Assembly (NCBI RefSeq): GCF_006345805.1
Contig: NC_042997.1
Span: forward strand, 29,698,001 to 29,762,000
DNA length: 64,000 nt
Direction: 5' to 3'
DNA from: Octopus sinensis
Taxonomy: Eukaryota
Shown: piece after piece, positions 25,325 through 39,172 of the stretch
How positions within the stretch are numbered: the stretch's first letter is position 1
Layout of the letters: every line of letters begins with the position of its first letter
The notes under the pieces: model-generated
Databases searched by the model: none
What the model saw: the letters and a program-made list of their open reading frames with translations, nothing else
Told to the model about the DNA's origin: nothing
Made by a program: the position numbers and the translations under genes

Positions 25325-25655
25325 GAAATAAGTTGTCCTGGGGATAATAGATTCGAAGAGAAAGAAGGGAAACTGAACATCTGTAATGAACTAAAGTGAG
25401 AAATATGCTATGAAGACAGTGGCCGTCATGGCGATAGCGATTGTTGCGCTTGGAATTATCAGCAACGGGGTACAAGAAGATTGGTAGAAATGTAATGATA
25501 GAACACCCTACAAAAATCATCATCGCTTGGAACTGAAAGTGTTCTCCGTAGAGTTCTACAGGCATGATCCGTAATCAAGTGTCAACCTAATCTCCTGGCT
25601 ATGGGTAGCTCTTTCCATCACTCCCAGCGAAATAAGCTGAAAGTTTAAAAAAGAA
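25325..25655 (+). mobile_element. Decayed R4/Dong-type LINE 3' end (REL endonuclease C-terminus) next to (TAA)n
   Basis: Peptides DNRFEEKEGKL..EL and VMAIAIVALGII resemble REL C-terminal K..KY..L and PIVIGALG. Confidence 0.55.
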
Positions 25656-26888
25656 AAAAATGATAATAAATTAGCGTAGTATTCTTTAAATTATGGTATG
25701 TACGTTTCGATAGCATCGGTGTATTTTTATTCACAGTGTATCGAATAATATGAACGCCTATAACATTAATTATGTTATATTAATTATACAAGCAACCAAC
25801 TATTCCGGCATTTTGAAGTGTTTACAGATCGGTGTAAGAAAATTTCAATCCCAATTCCAGGAAGTATATGGGAAGATTCAAGGTAATCACTATAAAGTGG
25901 AGGAATGGGTTAAATTGGATATACAGTCGATCACATTAATCTGGTGCTTTGCCTTATGACCATCTTATGAAAACATTGCATGCTAAAATTGTTTTCTTTT
26001 ATAGCATTTCACTTCGGATTTCTAATGTTGTTTTCACATGCTTATAAACTTGAGTTCTAATTTTTCAAATTTGAAGTTCTCGGAATTCTGCAGCACGTAA
26101 CAGAAAGCCATTAAAAGCGAAAGGGAGATTAAAAAGCAACCCGAAATACAGACAGCGGTAAAGGGAGAGAGAGAATTAGGTGCAAATAAATACATAGATA
26201 TAAAAGATAGACAGATACCTAATCAGAAAATAGTTATTTTTAGAAAAATAGGTTAAATGGGAATGTTTTATAAGTGCGAAGACATTGGCAGTTGGATGGA
26301 TATGTGCATTATATATCTAGAGAAAAATAAGTGACAGATTGTCAGACCGAGATATAGACAAATAGATAGATAGGTAGATAGAGAGAGAGGGAAAGTGAGA
26401 GAGAGGAAGGAAGCAAGGAAGAGTGAAAGAAGGAGAGAATGATTTACGTTATGCAGTGTGTTCTTATCTGGAGTATGACAAGATAAATATTTAATTGATA
26501 TTTCAATGCTGTTGAGTGCCTACGTATAAGCTATCTCACCGTCCATCAAAATTAACTTTACGTTAGTCTTCCGACTTAGAAATAAGAAATAGTAGAAAAT
26601 TTAAGTCTTAGCGTATCAAATGAATAATTATAGCAGCCAGTAGATCACGAGAAACTGACATACATACGTTAGTGTAGGTATGGAAAATAAGGAATATTTC
26701 GCGATAACTTATCTCATTGAAATGCATATATACCGTTGCTTGGACCACATAATTTATGAACTTTATTTTAGAAAAAGACAAATGAAAATGACACAAATGA
26801 AAAGCAACATCAGTTTGATTTTTACTATTTTGCTACCGTGTTCATAAATATCTAATGCGAATATATATATATATATAGAAATTCGGGG

Positions 26889-26927
<39 letters not shown>

Positions 26928-27742
26928 AGTTTACCATAAAACTGACAAATAGATATTATTCATGAAGTTTGTCACTTGTCACCATAATTAATACTTATTT
27001 CAGATATCCAATAATGTATGCAATATCAAAGTATGATAAAGACATCAAATATAATGGAATATTCTGCTCACCGTGTGATATAATTTATATTTATGTATTA
27101 AGTTGTTGCAATTGGCGTTATAAATTGAATGCGTTATAGCATGGATGGTTATAGTTTTCCATTTCTGGCAAACATAAAAGATCAGGGGGCGATTCCACTC
27201 CGTTTTATTCGAAACTACTCTCCTAGCACTGATGGAACCGCGAAAGAGGAGCTTGGGAAATGCATTGACAACTGTTACGTGGTCACAGCTGTCATCCACA
27301 TTTACAGCACATAACTTGATAGCTGACTTACGAACGTTGAGAATCTGGGTTTCGTTATCGGGTTATGTTTTATGTGTCAGCCCTCCATTCAGCTTGGGTT
27401 TTGTGTGCAATCTGTTAATACATGAACTACGGAAAGCCTGGAGAAATAGTTTATCAGTGTTCGGGGAGGATGTTGCTTGGCTAACCAAAGAACCTAGCGG
27501 TTTCAATCTCCATAGGACCATAAACATCGCACGGCTATCCTGCAGCAACTTCTTAGATACATCTGTGGTGAAACGAATAATAGAAACTGTGCATTACAAA
27601 CGTTCAGTCGTTCAATCCTGTAGAGAAATCGGCACACAGACTAATCGTATTATTTTACCTTTTAATGTACTCCGTGGGCGCCGCCTACTTAGAGCAATCC
27701 ACCTTTTTGGTAATTCCACTCTTTTCCAGACTGATCAACTCT

Positions 27743-28005
27743 TTATAGATAGTAGCGGTCTGACACAGTAGGCATTTCGTAGTTTAGTCTTTTTTCTGTT
27801 TGATGAGTAGAAGTATAATTCTTGTTTAAAGTTACTGTTTGAAAACACAGTTTTGTGCTGCTTCAGCAGCGGTTTCTAATTGTGCTTTCTCTCAATAAAA
27901 TCGAGAGAAAGCACAACTTTAAACAAGAATTATACTTCAACTCATCAGACAGAAAAAAGACCAAACTACGAAATGCCTACTGTGTCAGACCGCTACTATC
28001 TATAA
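27743..28005. repeat. Long inverted repeat (91-bp arms, ~3 mismatches) with nested hairpins in the loop
   Basis: Arms are 27743-27833 and 27915-28005. There is an inner perfect 14-bp stem, ttgtgctttctctc/gagagaaagcacaa. Confidence 0.93.
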
Positions 28006-28218
28006 GTAGTGGTCCCGTCTATTCTCGTCAGAGGTATCGTACTCTCGCAACTACAATTTCCTCTCAAGGTTTTTCGTAATTTCGAAATATTTGAAAATAT
28101 TCGGAAAATTCACCGTGAATTTTATATCACTGCTTTTATAATTCATTTTATTTTTAACTCACTCACTATTTTATCACACATTAGAATATAAACTAATCGT
28201 CATGTGTTATATATTTTA

Positions 28219-28629
28219 CTGGCTGATGTACCCGGTAATTCCCGGAAAAGCGGGGCTTCTCCCTTGGTTCAGCTCTCATATTTGCTTCATTATCCAATAG
28301 CAACAATACAAAGTATGTAGCCCTTAAAACGGTTTTTAAGCATTTACAGACAATACCGAACTGTCTTGCACAAGATCTTGTTTTAGGAATTCATAATAAG
28401 ATATGAATACTCAAATTGTGAAGTTAGTTATGTAACAACCAAATGTGGAATCAACTTGACATCCTATAGCTTTTATCGATTTTTGCAACAATCTGAGTAT
28501 GACATGAGGTTTTTCAGATTTGAGTTCTACACAGGTGTCGATAAAACGATAAAACGATGTAGGCGGAGTTAGCTGACAACTCCGCAAACAAACACACCCA
28601 CAGACATAATTTCCCACATATGTAGTAGA
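28219..28629 (-). mobile_element. Possible older non-autonomous Helitron (family C)
   Basis: The minus-strand 5' end is TCTACTAC followed by a gtgtg-rich segment. The 3' end has a ccgg...ccgg hairpin and a CCAG terminus (degenerate CTRR). Confidence 0.4.
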
Positions 28630-28769
28630 TTTTGACATATATTGATTTTATCCCATGCTGCCTCCAATATTTCTAGTTATATTTAAATGTCATTAATAGC
28701 ATCAGTGATATTGATATTCTTATCACTATATTATCATTATTGTGGTTGTTGATGTTGTTGTTGTTTTAT

Positions 28770-29050
28770 TTCTCAGAGCTCTTGGACTTTCTTGCTCTGA
28801 TTGATCCTGAGAGCGTGGAGAGCAACCTGTTGTCAGAGTACTTGCAGGATCTCTTTCCACAAATTATAAGCTCTGGTACTTAGACGTGTTAACTTATTCT
28901 GGATGAGATTCAATATACAAGCATCAATCTCAGAATCCTAACTGTCCAGAATAGAGCAGTTTCTTGAGGCTTCCTCTGTCCTCATATCAATTCCAATTTC
29001 CCCATTATATTTCTTGAACCTGGTTGTTAGTGCTCCGAGTACCCCTACAT
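28770..29050 (-). mobile_element. Decayed R4/Dong-type LINE 3' end
   Basis: Minus-strand peptides VGVLGALTTRFKK and QETALFWTVRILRLML match the REL C-terminal GALG...QK.ALLGT.RILR pattern. Confidence 0.65.
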
Positions 29051-29099
29051 CTGTTGTGTTCTTTGTGTTGTGTGTTCACATCCTACTAGGCTTAACTCT

Positions 29100-29235
29100 G
29101 CATTTCAACCGGGATCGACTTTGCCTTTCATTCTGACAAGGTCGATAAATGAAGAATCAGTGAAACACTGGGGTCGATGTAATCGACACATCCCCGTTCC
29201 CAAAATGGCTGCCCTTGTGGCAATATTTGAAACCA
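29100..29235 (+). mobile_element. SINE fragment
   Basis: tcgactttgcctttca...ggtcgataaat...ctggggtcgatgtaatcgac is shared with the copies at 53650 and 55181. Confidence 0.75.
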
Positions 29236-29289
29236 TTGTTGTTGTTGTTATTATTATTATTATTATTATTAGTAGTAGTAGTAGTAGTC

Positions 29290-29326
<37 letters not shown>

Positions 29327-29429
29327 CAGTAGCAGCAGCAGCAGCAGTAGTAACAGTAGTAGTAGTATCAATGCTTTCATAATTAATATGATTGTTATAT
29401 TTTGTGAGATATTTTTCTTGAATATGTAA

Positions 29430-29801
29430 TCTCTCTCTATATAAACGGCAGTTTGTCTGTGTGTGTTTCTGTGTGTCTGTTTGCTTGTACCCTCACTCTG
29501 ACCACGGCTTTCAACCGATTCTGATGAAACTTGACACAACATAGCCCAATGTCATAATTCAAAACTAACGCAGCGAAAATTTGAAAAGTTCCCCCAGTTC
29601 TGAAAAAGATCGATAATTCGACATGGGGTCGACAATCAGAAACACAAACCACAGATGGTCTAGGGGACGCAACTCGATAACTATCAAAAATTTACCATCA
29701 TTTTTTCCCCATTTTTTTGCTATTTTTTGGCTATAACTCTCTAAAAATGCTTTATAGTTATTTCCCTTACAAACCCGAGCAACGCCGGGCGATACTGCTA
29801 G
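29430..29801 (+). mobile_element. Non-autonomous Helitron, mosaic (family B-type 5' end, family A 3' end)
   Basis: A|TC...CCCGAGCAACGCCGGG-cgatactg-CTAG|T, canonical Helitron termini with no TSD. Confidence 0.85.
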
Positions 29802-30228
29802 TATTAAATATATGAAATACATGAAAGACAAATGAATTACACATGAGAGAATGCAAGAGGTGGAAACTTTCAAGTGATGAATTTTTATGTATAAATATAT
29901 AAATATTTATATTAACAGGTTCAACTTACACAGGCTACAAACGGCAGAGAAAATTAAACGGTTGAAAGAAAGGGGTTATGGATTTATAACGCCTAGCTTA
30001 TCAAGATTGTTACTAAGACATTTATTCATAAAATACGTATGCGTGCATGCAAGCATGCATTATGTATGTATATGTACGAATTAATATTGTGATCACAAGC
30101 TTAACATCCCTAACAGCTAGGCCGTGTCCCTACGCACAATTTCTATCGTTTAAATTCTACCCACAACCTATTCATTTATCGGATTTCAAGCAACAAATTG
30201 GCTTTACAAAGGAATTTTGCGACAAATA

Positions 30229-30401
<173 letters not shown>

Positions 30402-32246
30402 CTATGTTGGGAGGAAATCAATTCGTTGAATATACTTATATGCTGTGACACCATTTTAGTATTCTTGCTAATAGAGCAGGTGAATATTAAGAAAAATTAT
30501 GATGCAGGGATACAGCTAGGCAAAGATGTTATTGGATTGGAACTTAAACAAATCAGTGAATCCTTATATGACAATACGGGCTCAATTATAAATGAACTCC
30601 TTTGATTAGGAAACGGGAGAAGTAAACGCTTAAGATGCCAGAAGTATGTGATGAAGAACATATAGCCTTTCTTCAAAAAAATAGGGAATTAAAATATTAC
30701 AGAAACTTCTACAAGGTTTTCGAACAAGAAAGTACGGTGAATTTCTTGGAATTTCAAAACGTTTGGAAACTTCTTACAAAGAGTTAGTAATTGCGAAAAA
30801 TTTGTACGAAGAAAGTGCAAGAAATATGATTGGTTATCATTAGAAACTGTAAATAGATTTGCAATAATTGAATCAAATATAATCGTCCACTTTGAAAAAT
30901 TTCACAGAACAAAGATTACCGATATAGTGAAGTGTACAAGCAATTTAGCTGGATAGAATTAAAAATGGGAAATAGATAAAGTCGCGATAAAAATATCAGT
31001 AAATTATTCACCTTCTAGTTGCTAATATATTCCACACAAACATTGACTGAGAAAAATAGTATTAGGAAGTTTAGAGTTCTCAAATTATATGGGATATATA
31101 TATATGTGACGGTCAAAATGTGACACGTTTATTGAATAACAATGAAATAAATTGGCTGGCAAGACGATATAACAGAAACATATAATAATACTGATAGTAC
31201 TGCATGGATTCAATCGGACATTATCGAGGAACTTTAGTATATGATGAAAAGATAAGTAGTATTCAGAGTTATCAATCGGACAAAATAGTGACTAAAAGAA
31301 TACTTATTTCAGCTTTCAATATTTAATATGCATATATGGTAATGAATAGGAGAAATACGTAGTCGTAGTTGAAAATCTGGCATGGTTAGTAACATTTATC
31401 GAACATCAATTCCCAATGTTATAAAATATTGGATTAAGGAATATTGAACACTACCGACATGTCAAGCATTAAATTATTGCCTGGAAGTTACTAAAATGAT
31501 CTATGTGATAACATCGAAGGTTAGGATTTTCGGAATTGTGACTAATGAATGAGTTGTAAAAGCATTCAAGAAACTAATTTGATATGTAAAGATATACAAT
31601 AGCATTTCAGACTAAAGAAATGAGATATCAAAATATTTAAGATAATCCAAAACTCATCTATATTCATTATAAACCATAAAATTTATTTTTAGATAAATAC
31701 AAAAGCTAGCAATTAGCAAGTAATGTCTATGATGAATAACTCATTGACACACGGCTAACAAATTTATGAATATCTACTACATTCAATTGATTTTACAGTC
31801 ATTTATCCCCACTCCGAGAGAAGAAGGAAAAGTCTACCTACTCTGTCTTTGCTTTACATGAATATTAATTTAAAAATTTATAAAGAAACAAGATTGTACC
31901 CTGTTCCCCACCCTCTAAAAGATCTACTGTACCTATAGTTGTTAATATGCATAGTGAATTTTACAATCTGAAAAACATTTGAACATAATACGCTTATTCT
32001 CAAAAACCAGCACGGAAACGTATCATTTTCCTTTTAATACTGTGTACACATTGTTTACGAGCAAGGCGACATGAAAGCATGCAAAATTGTTTGTTTTGCA
32101 CGCCTCTCAAATTGAGTTTATCTAGAAGCAGCAATAGCTCAATTCCAATGATAGCACCAAAAGACCAGAGATTTCGGCATACTATTCACGGGCGATAGAT
32201 TGAAAGATCTCCAAGATAGACCAATCAGATGCTGTCATTGACACCG

Positions 32247-32870
<624 letters not shown>

Positions 32871-33449
32871 CATACATTTGTCTTTTGCTTTGTAGTTATA
32901 CAAGTTGACTCACCCTCTGAGTTAAGAGACAACAAGTTCGAGTTGGTGCTATTTGGTTTTGCTCACTTATTTATGAACAAGTTAATTATTCCCCCATTTG
33001 CTCAGTATGTGCAATGTTCGGGATTATGGATATTCTTCACTTTCTTTCTTCTGCTACTCTTTATATATTATATGCAATAGTTTTGTCTCTCATGTCTCTT
33101 ATCTATACATCGTGCGCATTTACATTAACACTATCATCATTGTGTTTACCACATCATTCATCTCGAACTAACATGTGGTGACCTCATATAATTATACCTT
33201 GTGTCTAGCAGACACTATTTGCACAATATATAAAGATATAAAATGCTCACAGACATACTGTATTTTCCAAGTGAACGCAAAAATATAGCTGTCGCTCAGC
33301 TGTTTCACAATTCTCTGATCGGTAAATTAAGCGAAAGAAACAACTTTCAATTAACTACAATTGGCTTTGTAAATCCGAAAACATAGTACTGTTAAATAGT
33401 ATTTCTATTTGGCTCTCGCCAAAACATATCGAATAATGATAATTTTAAT

Positions 33450-33500
<51 letters not shown>

Positions 33501-33544
33501 TAGTAGTAGTAGTAGTAAATAAAGAATAGAAAGTGCCAGATAAT

Positions 33545-33900
33545 TGATTTTACAGTCCCAAATGATGAAAAAAATTAATATGAGAAGTATAGAAAAAATA
33601 GCAAAGTACCAGGACCTAGCATTTGAATTACAGAGAATCTGGAAAGTGCGGGTAAAATGTATCGCTGTAGTTAAAGGTCCATTGGAAACTATCCCTAAAG
33701 ATCTGAACAGATGGACAGAGGAAATAGGCATAAAACCCGGTTTAGTACAGCTGTAGAAAACAGTGTTATTAGGGACAGCTAGCATACGTAGGCAGGCCCT
33801 TGACATTTAACATTTCTTGCTGTAATCCAATAGGAGGGTTTTTGGCACTTAAGGCTACCTGTTGTAGTCCGATGTTAGGACACTTTTCTTTTCCAACAGT
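33545..33900 (+). mobile_element. Decayed R4/Dong-type LINE 3' end
   Basis: EKIAKYQDLAFELQRIWKVRVKCIAVVKGPLETIPKDL...KTVLLGTASI. Confidence 0.8.
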
Positions 33901-34149
33901 ATATTCTGTTGAGTATATATGAAAAATAACAATAATAATGTGACAAATAAACAAGTGACACCATGGTCTACTGGCTGTTAACAGCTGACACTGTCCATCA
34001 TAGCAATATATGCTGACAATTTTCCTCAAGTAGTTGTAATAATAACAATGATGATGATGATGATGATGAGGAGGAGGAGGAGGAGAGGAGGTGGAGGAGG
34101 ATAATGATGACGATGATGATGATTTCTTTTATTGTCTACTAGGGCCAAC

Positions 34150-35749
34150 AAATATTTGAAGAAACAGATGAATCAAGAAATTATAGCCCCTTAAGGTGCT
34201 TAACAACAATCTATAAAATACTAACATCTGTGTTGACTGAATACAGCTATAGTGTTTTTTTTAATAGAAAGTGCCATATTCCCTAATGAACAAAAAGGAT
34301 GTAAACGTGGGTCTTATGATTGTAAAGATCAGCTACTCATCAATAAGATTATTTTGAAAGATTGGCAGAAACAACGAAAGGATTTGTCGAGAGCCTCGAT
34401 AGACTATAAAAAAAGCTTCCGATAGTCTACCACATAGCTGGATTAAGAAATGTTTGGAAATTTATAAAGTATCAGCTACTCTGCGAAACGTCTTGTCTGT
34501 AAGTATGAGATCATGGAGGACCACACTGGCTTTGAACGGTGGCACGGTGGCAATGACTCTTTCAATGCAGGGGATGTAAGAATTTCCTGTGGCATTTTCC
34601 AGTTTGACTCTCTATCACGACTCCTCTTTTGTCTAGCTTCTCGAAATTGCTCGATAATGTAAAATATGGCTATAAGATCTTTGATAAAAGTATAAATCAC
34701 CTCTTTGACATGAATGATTTAAAGCTCTTTGCAAGAAATGACCAACAACTACATATATTACTAGTAATTGTTAAACAGTTCAATGATGACATCATGATGC
34801 AATTTGGCTTCGATAAACGTGCAAAAGCCATTTTTATCAGAGGAAAAATAATAGAAACATGAAACATTAATCATGACCAAGAAAATGTCACAAAGGAGTT
34901 AGAAACAGCGGAGGGCTACAAATACCTAGAGGTATTTGAAGGTGATGGAATCAAACATTCAATGATGATGGACAAAGTCAGAACAGAATGTTATCGTGGG
35001 GTAAGAGCAATCCTCAATACAGAGCTGAATGCAGGAAACAGGATCAAAGCGATCACTACTTTAGCCATACCAGTCGTGACTTACAGTTTCAATATTATCA
35101 ACTGGACAATTATTGAAATATGCAACCTTGACAGTATCTTCACTGGTCAATTGGCCCTGCGACATGACAAAAAAATACTGGTGGGAATACAAACTACCAC
35201 CAATGCTTGAAAATGACCACATTTCACTCCTTTTGAACTTCACTGTTGAAACTGAGTGAAAGATAGATACGAATACGCCAGACATTATATTGAAGGACTT
35301 CAGACAAAGCTCATGCCACTTCATCGATATGACTACGCCAATCGACATAAATCTATCTGTCAAGTCCTACAAAAAACTGAGCAAGTATAAAGATCGTGAA
35401 ATAGAAATTGGCTAAATGTGGAAACTCAATCACCTGTGTCATAGGTGCCTAGGAATGATAGCAAAAGGGGCTGATTTCTACCTAGCTCAGATAACAAGAT
35501 ATCCCAAAATGGGAGAAATTCTAAAAGTAGTGCTCATATGCAAGGTCATATATTGTCTATGTGGTCCCCAAAATACTTTAATACGTGACCCGTGTCAAAA
35601 TACTTTTAAATGTACAAAACAGCAAATACCTTTTACTGTCTTCTTCACAACAGACTATCATCTTACCAAATTTAGTTTAGCACAACATTCTAATTTACCT
35701 ATGTTTTGATAGGCATTCTCTAACACAATACTCTATGCAAAAGCATATA
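34150..35749 (+). mobile_element. R4/Dong-type LINE, RT plus REL endonuclease, decayed; 3' UTR interrupted by a Tc1 element
   Basis: RT motifs NY.PLRCLTTIYKIL, EQKGCKRGS..CKDQLLI, IDYKKASDS.PHSW, GIFQ.DSLS and INHLFDMNDLKLFA. REL motifs PDIILKD...ID...KKLSKYKD. Confidence 0.88.
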
Positions 35750-36984
35750 CAGGGGTTGGACAAAATAATGGAAATGCCATAAAATTTCAAACAAATTTAT
35801 TTTAATATGTGGTAAGACCACCTTTGGGAGTAATTACAGCTTGAATTCTACGAGGTATGGACTCGTACAAAGTTTGAATTGTTTCCATAGGAATTTTTGT
35901 CCGTTCTTCAGCTAAAACTATCTCCAGTTCTTGTAGTGATGATGGTGGCGGATATCGACTCCTTACTTGTGTTTCTAAAATGTACCATAAATGTTCAATA
36001 ATATTGAGATTTGGGGGCTGTGGTGGCCAGATAAGATGTTCAACTTCACTAGAATGTTCCTCGCCCCATTCAGTAACAACTTTAGTTGTATGAATTGGTG
36101 CATTAGCATCCTGAAAGATTGCGTTTCCTTCCGGAAATAGTTCCGCAACCATTGAATGAATTTGATCAGATAAAATACTTAAATAGTCTTGACTATTAAT
36201 TCTGCCATAAAGAGAAACCAATGGGCCGTCGGATTTCTTGTATATAGCCCTCCAGATCATCACAGATTCTCCTCCATGTTTAACAGTTGGAAGAAGGCAG
36301 TCTGGGTCAAATACTTCTTTGGGCTGTCTCCACCTTATACTCGGCCGGTGGTCGGAAATAAGTTAAAGGATGACTCTAGGGACCAATTCTGTAGGTTTCT
36401 TACTCCACTCTAAACGCTTTACAACGTTTGTTTTTGAAAGTTATGGTTTTCTGATAGCAACCCGCCCGTGAAATCCGGCTTTGTGCAGCTACCGGAGAAC
36501 AGTTTTGTAGAAACTGGGTTCTCCAGGTAGTCATTAAGCTCTGCAGTAATTTTGGTAGCTGTACTTATGTGATCTTTTCTAACCATTTGCGTAAGATTTC
36601 GACGGTCCCTATCTGAAAGTTTTGATTTCCTTCCGGACTTTTGTTTCGACGAGGAGGTTTTTCCTTTTTTCTCAAATTCTGTCATATCTTTCGAGACAGT
36701 ACTTCTTGATACACCAAATATTTCGGCTGTTTTTGTTACGCTAGCGCCTGCCATACGAGCACCAACAATTTGACCTCTTTGAAAGTCCGATTGATCTGTC
36801 ACTTTACAGAATTTTAATTAACTCTTTCTGATGATATCTGAAACGAAAACAGCAATTTTAGCAAAACATATTAAGCATCACTAATAATAAATCCAAAAAT
36901 AAACAAGTTTTTGACGATTTTATAGATATTTCAAAATTACGATGCTTTGATGATAGGCGTTTCTATTCTTTTGTCCAACTCCTG
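35750..36984 (-). mobile_element. Tc1-family DNA transposon, full length (~1235 bp), frameshifted transposase
   Basis: TIRs caggggttggacaaaataatggaaa / tttctattcttttgtccaactcctg with TA duplications (35748-49, 36985-86). ORFs 36419-36802 (paired-like HTH, RGQIVGARMAGASV) and 35802-36263 (FQDANAPIH...NLNIIEHLW, DD34E region). Confidence 0.95.
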
Positions 36985-36986
36985 TA

Positions 36987-37095
36987 TATGGCACCATAGT
37001 CATAATCCAAATTTGAACTTGTAACTGTTTTTCGTCTTGAGGTCTCTGGATGAGACTTGGTGTCAACTTGTACAAATAAAAGATATAATCAAGGA
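36987..37095 (+). mobile_element. Remainder of the R4-type LINE 3' UTR
   Basis: Similar to the reverse complement of 32872-32946 (ccaa.t.gaacttgt...gtcaacttgta). Confidence 0.5.
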
Positions 37096-37694
37096 TATAT
37101 TACTAAAAATAATTTAATACACACAAAATATCATAGATTTTCAAGTTTATTTTTGAAAAGAAAATTTCAGCTGAACATCTAGAATGGAATATATATCTGC
37201 TTTTTCAGCTACTGACTGCCTGGAGCTGTGAAAAACTTGTATAATCGGAAAGGCAGCCTCCGGCTCTTTCGAATTCTAAAATCTCTCAGCTGATATCTAA
37301 ATTAAATATCGTTATCGTTCTAAGTAAATTTTAAATGTGTGTCACGCTCTTTGAGAATAAATTTTTTCCTAATTTGTGAACGCGCAAACATTTCTCAACA
37401 CAACCGAAGCCTCTTTAAAACTCGGCACACACTTCTGAACTGATAACAAATGCAGACGATGCGCAATTGGAATATATAGTAACTGCATAGATATTAAAGC
37501 TATAATGCACAGTCGACAATCTCACAACCGCTACAGGGGAATAATTGAAATATTAATATCTAGAAGCTTCACAAATAAGAAATCTGCAAATTCTTGTCGA
37601 TGCTTTAACCAGAAACACTGTTAATTCATACTCATCAAAACCTCATTACGTATTATAAAAATTAACGAGTCAAATATATATATATATATTATAT

Positions 37695-37729
<35 letters not shown>

Positions 37730-39172
37730 TTATGGAACTGTAATTCAAACAGACCAAATTTGTCAGGTTTCTTCAGAATCTGCCGTCATTCCCATGCAGT
37801 AGTGTTCACTACAGCTTCTACTAATACATATTTCCCCTTTGCTAAGTGACCAATACTAACTCTGTCAAAGAGAAAACAACGTTCAGTATGATGATTTTGA
37901 AATAGAACTTGTTTCTATGCTTACAAATACACGCAGTATGGTACATGTTCAGACACACGCGTATATGGAGAGGCATGTCGCTATAGGATTGTTATGGCAA
38001 ACACTTAATAAAAACGTAAAAGTAGAAAAGATAACTAGAAAATAACTGATAAGAATATGATACAAACTTCTCAGCTAATACTACTATTTTGTAGGAATAA
38101 TATATTAAGATACTGATATCAAAACGTGAAAAGTTAACGCTTCATCTGCAGAATGCGGTGGAAACAAAATTAAAAATATAGCCTGTTAAATTGAAAATCT
38201 ATATGCGCATGTGTGTGTTTGTGTGTGCGCGTTATTATAAAGTGTCGTCGCTTAGGTTTACATAAAATATGGCTTCATTGAACTATGTAAATGCATATAA
38301 GCTCATAAAACACTTATTTCTCTATGGAAAGATATATCTGTAGAGATATAAAAAAAATGACTTTATTAAAATGTGAAGAGTTTATGGAAATATAGATTCG
38401 AATCTATGATTGTGTATTTGAGATAAATTTAATACACTATATATGATGCATCCATATTTCCAAACAGCTTCAAATATATTTTATATATGTGGGGAAAATA
38501 TGTTTGGCTGAATATCATATCGTAATTCTATAATAATGAATGCTTCTATTTAGGGTACTCGCTGTTTCACCAACTCATTGATACGATGAATAATTAATAG
38601 TTACCTCAATTACTTTATCTTCTTTTCCAGCCAACCTTAGTCATTATTTTCAACTCTTTCTCTCATTATTGTAATTTCTAAATAGTTTAGGTTCTTCCTT
38701 CCTTAATCGCATAATATTATAAGTTATTCACCTTTGATTTTCCCCAGCATTTAATACAAATAACAATTCTCGAGCAATGACTATAAAGTGCTATACTCCT
38801 TTCAAGTTCTAACCTATAAAAACAAGACCGGAAAACCGGCACAATAACAGTCCATTAATTTTTCCGATGATTTAATACCAAATTTGAATATTCCAATAAA
38901 TGACTGAATAAAAATCTTTAATTACATAATATTACCAATAACGATCCATATCACTTTATGCATATTTCACTTTACTATATGAATTGGCTATTCAAAACTA
39001 TTTCAAATTATGTATGTGTCTGTGTGCGCGTTTTAAACTATACATTTGAACTGAGAATATTGTAAAGTGTTTGTTGGAGATAGCGATTATGCTAAATATT
39101 TAAGTATATACAATGACCCCAAGAAATTCACTCGTCTTCAGTCTTCATTTTGAAAAATTATTATATGAGATA

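Noticed and set aside
25092-25565. Poly-L/I/N ORFs, with similar ones at 29070-29542, 32229-33080 and 51844-52302
   Set aside because: They are trinucleotide microsatellite artefacts.
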